From Rhodosorus marinus CCMP1338 (lineage: Eukaryota; Plantae; Rhodophyta): a stretch of 64,000 bases of DNA. Shown piece by piece: positions 49,339 through 58,144 of this stretch. A program made the translations under genes and the position numbers. The stretch lies in NCBI GenBank assembly GCA_029953675.1, contig JAMWBK010000001.1:124001-188000 (forward strand), read 5' to 3'. The notes below the pieces were generated by a model that saw only the letters and a program-made list of their open reading frames with translations, did not search any database and was not told the DNA's origin. Each line of letters starts with the position of its first letter. The first letter of the stretch is position 1.

Positions 49339-49743
49339 CTATGTTGAAGCAAGGACGAGATTCAGCAGTCGAGGGCAGGCCATTTGAGAGTACAATTCGT
49401 TGGTGTTCCTGGCTACGCGCGTAGTCTCAAAAAGTTCATCAACATCATTATCGCTCATTGCGTATCTGATTAGTGCCCTTAATGCAACACACTGGTCTCC
49501 GTCTGAGACCTGATCCGCGATGGTCTTCAACCATCGCTGCTGAAACAAGAAAGTATGGAAACACAAGGAGGACGCAACCTCATTCATATCTTCGACATAG
49601 CTGAGTAAGGATTCTGCCTCCAGGCCTTCGTAAAACGACAGCAGGTCACCAAGAGTCTTCCAAATGCAGCCCATATTGTGCTCCTCGGCCTGGACTTCAA
49701 TCCATTCCAGCTCCTCAGCATCAAAGCTCCACTCAGACTTCAT
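49339..49743 (-). CDS. Hypothetical protein, possibly two similar small helical modules; C-terminus may be spliced
   Basis: Open frame from MKSEWSFDAEELEWIEVQAEEH.. through QQRWLKTIADQVSDGDQCVALRALIRYAMSD..DELFETTR with coding-like composition; candidate intron ending CTGAAT..CATAG near 49340. Confidence 0.45.
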   Translation of the reverse strand: MKSEWSFDAEELEWIEVQAEEHNMGCIWKTLGDLLSFYEGLEAESLLSYVEDMNEVASSLCFHTFLFQQRWLKTIADQVSDGDQCVALRALIRYAMSDNDVDELFETTRVARNTNELYSQMACPRLLNLVLAST

Positions 49744-50141
49744 TTTGTCCAGTTTACAATCTCCTACCCTCTCACACGTCTGAGATCTACCACCTGCACT
49801 GCAGCCGCTAACCCATCCGTCCCCAACAACCAACAACAACCCTCGCTGCCAGACTCTATATAGCACAATGGCAACGGAAACCCAAAGCCGGTGTCAAATC
49901 AAGCCTCTTCCAATCAAACTCCTCGAAGAATCACCAAAACCAATAAAGACACGATCGTACAGACGGCTACCCAATCACAAACCGCTGACAGTGGCAACGG
50001 GCTAAACCCGCCCCTTATCAAAATAAGAGTTCCATTTAAACAATAAACGTTCCCATCATTTCTGTTTGTGCTACATATTATTAATGTATTAACGGTAGAG
50101 AAAAGGTTTAAGCTGTCGAGCAGCTACGCCAAACGCTGATC

Positions 50142-50272
50142 GTGTTGGGGACCGTCCTTGAGTTTTGTGCTGGGGACCGTCCTTGGGTTTCGTGCTGGGG
50201 GACCGTTCTTTCGGTTTGGTGCTTGTGGGACCGTCCTAGGGTTCCGTGCGTGGGTGGTCGTCATTGGGTTCC
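50142..50272. repeat. Minisatellite, 5 copies of a 25-27 bp unit
   Basis: Consensus GTGCTGGGGACCGTCCTTGGGTTT, with units starting near 50142, 50167, 50192, 50219 and 50246. Confidence 0.88.
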
Positions 50273-50720
50273 CTCCTGCCCCCCCCTGAAAACACGCAAT
50301 TTTCTTTTCTCCTTTAGTGCCATCTACACATACAAAGGATTCTCGAATTTCGCTTCCTATAAGTTCTATATTTAGATCGTGCAAACTGAAAACAAACAAG
50401 GTATAAATTAAGGGGGGTTATACGGGCAAACTAGAAACGTATTACGTTGTATAGGAGGTTATTCGTAAAATGATATACGGATAATTTTTATTCTTATTCA
50501 ATAGTGCATATTTATTTGATTTGAAATAGATTACCCCTATTGAGTAGTTGAATAGAAGAAAGGAGGGGGCGCGAAGGGGGGGGGGCGGAAGGTACGCTTG
50601 CCCTATCTGTTTCTGCTTACATTCGGGCAATTTTTTTTTTACGCCGTTTTAGCATGCCCAAAGTGACCGTATTTCCGCTGTGTTGCGGGTAGTAGCTCTA
50701 GATTCCATGGAGATGAGCAC

Positions 50721-51730
50721 TTAACCGGAAATCCTTTGCACTCTGCAGCAAGGAGATTGCGCAAGTGTCTTCGATTCTGTAGTACGGACAAAAGACTGTT
50801 TCTCTCGCTGATCTGGCACGAAAGAATGTTTCTCTCGCTGATCTGGCACGAAAGAATGTTTCTCTTGTTGATCAGGCATATACAGCTGAGGGTTAGGGTC
50901 CGTTTTCGAGCTCGACCGGTTCCTTTTCTTGGCATGGATCGAGGAGTGGTGCACGGATAGGAAAAAATCTGTAATTTGCTTCACCCGCGCAACTTCTGAG
51001 TGAGAGCAAGTATCTACGCGATCACTAAATGACTGGTCGAAAATCTTGCTTTCAAAAGCGTTTCGCAGGTCGAGTGCTTGTGCTTGGGTTCGCGATGCCA
51101 GAGCCACTCCAAGGGCAGCGTCCACAATTTTCTTGACAGTTGCCGAGATTGGGCGTATGGGTCTCTACCGTGACAGGACCGGTGATCAGGTACCTGGGGA
51201 AGGTAGAAACGGCAGATGATTTGTATTGTATCGCCACAATGGGTTTTCCCGTCGCGCGGGTGTTTGGGCACATTTTCGGAGCAATTCCCCCGTTCCTTTT
51301 CTTGACCAAGGATGGTGTGGTCTGCATGGCAGAAGGAAAAATCTTTCAGCTTCCCAACCTCTGCGTGAGAGCAAGCAGCCTCGGAATCATTCGCCGGTTT
51401 GTCAAAAACTCTTGTTTTCATACGGGTTCCGCTGGTCGCGTGCTTGTGCTTGGATTCGCCTTGACAGAGCCACTCCACTGGCAAGGCGAATGTCAAGAGG
51501 GTTGTTGGGCCAAACCCCACAACCCTCTTGACATTTGCAGGAATTTGTTCAAATTTCGACTCCTGCTGGATGTAACTAGTGTACAGGATCGTCCCAATTT
51601 TGTCTTCCTCACCATGGCGGTTTCCGTAGTTGGCGAATTCGATTAGTGGTGGAATGCTACGCGACTCCTTTTCGACGGGACCAGTTTCTGGTTTCCAAGG
51701 ATATTCCAATGCTCCTGCGGCGTTTTCCAT
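50721..51730 (-). pseudogene. Frameshifted hypothetical gene with a duplicated ~70-aa module and a 10-aa repeat
   Basis: ORF 51014-51730 overlaps ORF 50721-51125 in another frame. The module LPxEWLxxxExKHKH..CSHxEV occurs twice, 366 bp apart, followed by PDQREKHSFV repeats. Confidence 0.4.
50791..50880. repeat. 30-bp tandem repeat x3
   Basis: AAAGAATGTTTCTCTCGCTGATCTGGCACG at 50791, 50821 and 50851 (third copy diverged). Confidence 0.92.
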
Positions 51731-52810
51731 CCCTTTCCTTTAGCTGCTTCACGTATAAAACTTGGAGTACTGGAGTTTCTAGAATGGGCATACTTTGCTA
51801 TCCACCTTAAATGGAATCGTAGAAACGACCAATTCTTTAAGCTTTGGACGCAGATTGTCCTCAGCTTCCAGTGTATTGGCCTCTCATAGAGGGGATTCAC
51901 GTCGTCGGAAGTTGCATGTGGCTGTCTGCATCCCACTACATGCATAGGTGACTCCCTTCACGATGACGGCCAATACATTGCAAGTTTAGGATAACCGGCA
52001 TCCACAGTGTTTTGACGTGATCCTGGAGGGGACCGCCTTGCATCTTTACGTACGCGAAACGAGGCGAAAGCCGGACATTGGATACACCACTCCCGAGAGG
52101 GTTCAAGTAGCATATGAGTGAGGGTGAGTGAGTGTGGTAGTGCTAGCGAGAATTAGTTTTGTGAAAGATGGCGTTCTGTGACTCTCCGCGCTTGTAGTAG
52201 CTAACATCACCGGCGCTGAGGCATGTCAGTGGCTTACCAGCCGTGCAAATGCATTTGTAAGAGTACACAGCATGCTCTTGGAAGCATCCTTACAGACAAC
52301 AGCGTCGACGACTTGTCACGAGAACGCCTTGGGTTTGACCAAGTTCACAAGAACATCGTGTTTTTGATCCCGAGTGGAGTTCCTCTGCGATGTCCCATAC
52401 AGTTTCCTCAGTTAGGACTTTGGACAGTCGCGTTTCGAGTTCCAGTGTTTCAAGAAAGAGAGACTGTGATGCCGAGGCTTCTTGTTCTAATACTTGTTGT
52501 TCCGAGTCCCCTTGTTGCTTTATCAAACTGTTAATGTGTGTTTTTCACAGATTGTAATTAGTGACGGTTTTCAAACATATTGGCCAAACCTCAGTTACAA
52601 ACTTTTCCTCTTGAGCGGGTTCATCAGGGCATTCCCTTGGGCTGCGTAACGGCTATAAACGCTGTTGCCGACGGCGATTACGACGGGGCAGGTGGAGACG
52701 ATGTGAGAGAGGAAGTTGGGGAACGGGAGCTGGCTTTTGATCTTTTTGATTGCATGTGATGTGATTAGATGAATCGTTTGAATGCATTGATATGAATGAG
52801 GGAAACGAGA

Positions 52811-52897
52811 GCCCAACTGACCTCTGCTGGTGCAGGGTGCGGCCTTCAGAGCCGTAGCAGCCGAGAGGCTGAGCGGTTCGATTCCGCCTGGCGGGCG
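52811..52897 (+). tRNA. trnU: tRNA-Sec (selenocysteine, anticodon UCA), eukaryotic 9/4 fold
   Basis: 87 nt. 6-bp D stem CTCTGC/GCAGGG with TGGT loop; 6-bp anticodon stem TGCGGC/GCCGTA with loop CT-TCA-GA; long variable arm CAGCC-GAGA-GGCTG; 4-bp T stem GCGG/CCGC with TTCGATT loop; 9-position acceptor GCCCAACTG/CTGGCGGGC; discriminator G. Gap-free colinearity with the vertebrate tRNA-Sec as I recall it. Confidence 0.93.
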
Positions 52898-52910
52898 TCG
52901 GCCAGAAGGC

Positions 52911-52920
52911 CTTTTGCTTT
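52911..52920 (+). terminator. Probable RNA polymerase III terminator of tRNA-Sec
   Basis: TTTT run (52912-52915) followed by GCTTT, 14 nt after the discriminator base. Confidence 0.5.
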
Positions 52921-54026
52921 GTTGGTTAAGGCAGGTGAAAGGCTTCAACAAAGCTTTTGAAAGCAGAAGGGGAAGATATGCCTGTACGTTTCGAAACTCC
53001 TTGCTCGGGGGTGAGGAGTTTATTCTTTCTTAAAAAATCAGCACTGGAATCTTGCATCTTGCTTTGTGTTGTACCGAATTCAGCGACAACCGATCTGCAA
53101 CTTTTTCCGCCCAGTGAAAGCCTATCCTATTCCCAAGGTCGACCGGTCTTTCGGGCAACGTCCAAAGAAGCGTTGATGGCCTTTCGCACAACCTAGTTTC
53201 CAGTGCAAACAGCCCAAACGACAGAGACAACCGAGCAGCAACCTGCATCTCCCTTCTCAATGGTCTAGACACAGTAGACATTCTTCGATGCAAGGCTCAA
53301 CGCTTCTGTCGAATCTGTGACCCACGGTGGAGGTGGAATTGAAAATTGCAAGAGGGACGCGGGATTCAAAAATAGCATGCTCTATTTCATTCAGCCGTCT
53401 TCTAAGGATCACACTCAGTCCATCTGGAAACGTGAACAGTCTCAGTCAAAAGCCCCTCACTGTGCACGTTTTGTTCACTTTCATTCCTTGGAAGACGATT
53501 TTGAACTAATTTGTGTTTCCCCACAAGGCGCGCGAAGATGACATACACTCTGGTGGAGAAAGCAGTGAATCCAAGTTGGGAAGAGGAACGAAACCAGTGA
53601 ACCAGCTCCTCGTTGAAAACATTGGTGCTTCGTATTAGAAAAGATTGATGTTTCCATGTTGCTGGGCAAAGGGAGGCTTTTATTTATCCGGTAGATTGTA
53701 CGTTTACGAGCATACTGGGTGAGTGTATAGTTTGAAGGTGGGAAGGCCTAGTTTTCAAGTTTTTTGGCATTCCCGAGAGCTTGTTTGAAAACGTGAGAAG
53801 CTCCATATTGGCGCGACTGAGTTCCAAAGAACGAGATCAGCGCTGTTGCGGAATGGGTTCCAGTCCAAGACGGGTGTTCGTTGGGGAGATGACAAGATTT
53901 TGACACTGTTTTGGGTATTCCTGGATGTGTTGGGTTGTCCGTGAGCAACTGCGGGCACTTAATCGTGTGTGGGCATCGGGAGAGTGAGGGACTTGGTTTG
54001 TTGTTTGTGTTTCAAAAGGCATCGAG

Positions 54027-57000
54027 ATGGGATCTTGGGGTGGTCCTGATGCTATGGCTACTCTGGCTGCGAGCATTGAAGGGAGCCAATCGCCAGACAG
54101 CAATGTGAGACGGCAAGCAGAAAGTTTCATGGAACAAAACGAGAAGAAGCCAGGGTTCGCGACGGCAGTGCTTCAGCTTGTGGCTGAGGCATCCGCTGCT
54201 CCGCATGTGAGGTTGGGAGGCTCGATCTTCTTCAAGAACTGGGCGAAGAGATCATGGGAGGATGCAGATCCAAACGAAAGGGAGCAGATCAAGCGATCTG
54301 TAGTTGCTGTCATGCTGTCCAGCCCTGATCCGGTGCGAAAACAGCTGGCAGAGGTTCTGGCAATCGCTCTCGAGTCCGAAACCAGAGATACCTGGCCGGA
54401 TCTGCTGCCTGACCTTGGTCGGAAGCTATTGGAGTGTGGGGCGATGACTCCGATGCCTCTGGGAACCTTAGAAGGAATACTGGGCGCTCTAGATTCAATA
54501 TTCGAGCCGTACAGGCACAAGTATCGGAGTGACGAGCTCTTCCTGGAGATAAAGCACGCTCTGCACGCGGTTCAGGAACCTGTGACGGCGGTTTTCGATG
54601 CGATTTCGTCTTCTGTCCTAGCCGGGACTTTCGCGCAGAACACCGCAGACAGCGTGATAGAGATCGCCAGACTTTGTGCAAGCATCTTCTACTCCCTCAA
54701 CTGGCAGGATATTCCGGGATTCTTCGAAGACCACATGTCCAAATGGATGGATCCTTTCCTAAAGATCCTCGAGCTTCATAATCCAGCCCTAGAGCAGAAT
54801 ATGGATGAGCAGAGCACACTGGACCATCTCCGAGCGCAGATCATCGAGAATATCAACTTGTACCAGAGCAAGTATGAGGAAGAGTTCCAGTCCTATTTGG
54901 AGCGAAGCACTAGCGCGGTTTTCACACTTCTGCAGAGAGGAGCAGCGACAAGATACGATTCCGTTGCCACAACAGGAATTAAGTTCCTCACAACTATATC
55001 TCGATCCTCGAAGTACGCCCTCTTCGCCGCCCCAAACGTGCTGAACATGGTAAGCCCAACATATGTTCCGAAACCCGCCTGGCGAGAATTTTCTGCACGT
55101 GAAAAGACGGGCACAACCCCTTCCCACCCCGCTTGGTCGATTTGTGGCATCCATTTGCCTAATGCGTAGTGCCCTCTGCGAATGACTAGGTATGTGAGAA
55201 CATAATCCTTCCCAACATGAGGATGAGGGACGAGGATGTAGAGCTCTTTGAAGACAACCCTGTTGAGTACATGCGTCTGGACGTGGAAGGATCTGATGCG
55301 GAGACTCGTCGGCATGGAGCAGTCGAACTGATTCGTGGGTTGAACACCCACTACGAAGGGCAGGTGACGGATATTTTTTCAAAGTACGTGTCGGTACTGC
55401 TGGCTGAGTACGGGCAGGATCCGATGAACAAGTGGAAGACCAAGGACGCAGCAATCTATTTGGTGACCGCGCTTGGATGGAAAACGGGTACTGCGGCAGG
55501 TGGTGCGACAACAACGTCTGGTTTGGTGAGCGTTGTAGATTTCTTTACGGCTCATATACTTCCGGAGATTCTGTCCGCGGCGGAGGCACCGGCGAATGTC
55601 ACTAGTCCGGTACTGCGGGGGAATGCGCTCAAGTACACGGTGACGTTCAGAAATCAACTGCCCAGTGCACAATACCAGATCACCCTGGACGCCTGCTGCA
55701 AGTTGATGACGTCGAATGTGGTGGTGATCCACTCATACGCGGCTTTGGTCGTGGAGAAACTATTCGGAATGACAGAGAAGATCCCCATGCAACAGGGGAT
55801 CGTTCGTACCCCTAAAGTCCCCCAGAAACTTGTTGTGGAGATGCTGCCCAAGCTACTACCTCCTCTATTCCAGCTTATTGCGCCTGGAGCTGCCGAGAAC
55901 GAGTATGCGATGAAATGCACAGCGAGAACGATCGTTCGCGCGGACAAAGAATTTCACGTACACGCCGAGACGGCCCTGAGACAGCTCTGCAGCCTCATAG
56001 AGGCTGTCAGTCGCAATCCAGGAAACCCGAGCTTCAACCACTACCTCTTCGAGGCCGTCGCGGCGGTGATCAACACCGCTCCGGAGAAGATCGAGCTCTA
56101 TCAAACCCTCCTGGTGCCCATGCTGCAGGAGCTCCTCAGCAAGGAAGTCCTCGAGTTTGCGCCGTACGCACTGCAGATTCTCGCGAAGATTATGGCCCTA
56201 TATTCAGCAAGACAGATGCAGCTGCCCGACTTTTTCCGCCAACTCGCCAAAACCCTCCTTGCCCCGCCTCTCTGGGACCGTTCCGGGTTTGTTCCGGGGA
56301 TGGTCAAATTTCTGCAGGGATACATCCGCCTCGATAGCGAGTATATTTTGGCGAGCAATACGCTCGACCCGATCCTTGGCGTGTTCCAGAAGCTGATCGC
56401 GAGCAAGGCCAATGATCACCACGGTATGGCGCTAGTGCGGACGATTATTGAGACTTACGAACTCAACACGATGCGAAATTATAACGTGAACATCCTGCGA
56501 ATACTGATGACGCGACTGCAGACTGCTCGGACCAATAAGTTTGTCGAGCTCTTGATCATCTTCCTCGCTGCTTTCACAATACGGTATGGCCCGGATACTC
56601 TGGCTGAAGGCATGGACGAGCTCCAGCAGCACTTGCTAGCCATGGTGCTCACGCAGGTGTGGGCCAAGGCGTGTCTCACAACGCCCGCCACAGGCCCTAG
56701 CAGACGACTTCTCTCTGTTGCACTTACAACGATTCTATGCACGGAGAGGTTCACAACTGAACCTTATGCCGCTGTTTGGGCAGATGTACTGACTGCTAAC
56801 ATTGCTCTGCTAGAAGGTGAACACTATGCCTTGAGTCCAAGAATAAGCCGTGGACGGGTTTCAATTCTAGGATTAGCAATTGACTTGGAGCACGTTATCT
56901 TGTTTGCTATTCTCAGGCATCGAGGTTGACGCTGTGGATGAAGACCGCGATCCATTGTTGGAAGAAGACGCTGCCGCGCAGACCGGGTACAACGTTGCTT

Positions 57001-57206
57001 ACTCCCAGCTCGCCAACGCTAAGGAAGTATGGGAAAAGGACCTCGTTCGAGACGTCGAACCACATGCATACCTTGCAACCCGTCTCTCAGCCTTCACCGC
57101 TTCGCACCCTGGAGTCTTCACAGCCGTTATCCAAGCAAAGCTCGAAGAAAAACCAAAGGAGGCATTGCAGCGATACCTTGCAGCAACCCGAAGCGAACTC
57201 AAATAA
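54027..57206 (+). CDS. CSE1: Exportin-2 (CSE1/CAS), importin-alpha re-exporter, 3 exons
   Basis: IBN_N VRRQAE..RLGGSIFFKNWAKRSW; YRHKYRSDELFLEIK; FYSLNWQDIPGFFEDHM; LFEDNPVEYMRLDVEGSDAETRRHGA; FNHYLFE; EFAPYALQ; GVFQKLIASKANDHHG. Introns 55050-55189 and 56817-56916 restore the frame. Confidence 0.93.
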
Positions 57207-58144
57207 CCCCGGAAACAAACGTGGAGTAGCGAGCCTTTCTACAGCCCTCTCGTTGTGAACCACGCGGGGACCAAACAAACTAACAAAACCCCCTAGGGGC
57301 CTTCGTTAAGATTTGACAGTGTTGAATCATCCACCAAAGGAGTGGAAAGATTTTCGGATAGGAGATTAGGACGTCAAGTGACGGTGGAGAGGTGCAGAGG
57401 CGACCGACTGGGAACCCCTTTCCCGCGCCGTACCCGTTCAGCCAGCCCGATTAGGTTTTGGATCCCCCTTCTTTTTTTGGTGTGCATGTAAACCCAAGCA
57501 CTTTCTACTATTGGACCAGTTGACTAGTGGAGGTTGAGATGTGAAACAGGTATAGATGAGATAGAGCTTGCTATCTATGTGAAGTTCAGTACAACGGGCC
57601 TCAAACCAGAGTATAGCCGGAGAGGAGATGTTCCTGAATCCTCAGCGAAGAGGATGGGTCGTAGCAGGTAGAGCACGGTTGGGGCACTTTCCTTCAGAAA
57701 AAGTCTGCGTGACATGCCTTTATCTACAGCTGGCGATGATCGAAGTCAGCTATTTACAATACTGGAGACTTCTGCATGCTCACTTGAGATCGTTTGTCTT
57801 GGGATTCGTGACCGCAAAACCGGTCCACGACTAGATGTCCGCTAGAGGAACGTAATCCCCACCCACGCAGTGCTTGCTGTGCTAGCGAACATGAGCACCC
57901 TACGACCTCAGCCGTCCCAAAACTAATGCATGAGCTAGCAACCTACCTCCTACGTTAAATAATTTTCGATCACTGGAAGTTTCGGCAGAGGGTGCCGGGC
58001 AGCGGTAGATTTGGTCCGGTGCTCTCCTCTGGTTACTCTTGCGACGCGTGTGTTGAGTTGAGCGCGTGGCAGGGAAACAACGGGCGTCCGAGTTCACCCA
58101 GGATCCTAGATCTTTCACGTATCTTTCCCCCCCGTGACGGTTGT

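Noticed and set aside
47308-52897. Functional link between INTS11 and the nearby tRNA-Sec
   Set aside because: tRNA-Sec is a Pol III transcript and Integrator acts on Pol II RNAs; proximity alone is not evidence.
52595-53033. ORFs 52595-52951 (-) and 52830-53033 (+)
   Set aside because: They overlap the tRNA-Sec gene and show no coding signature.
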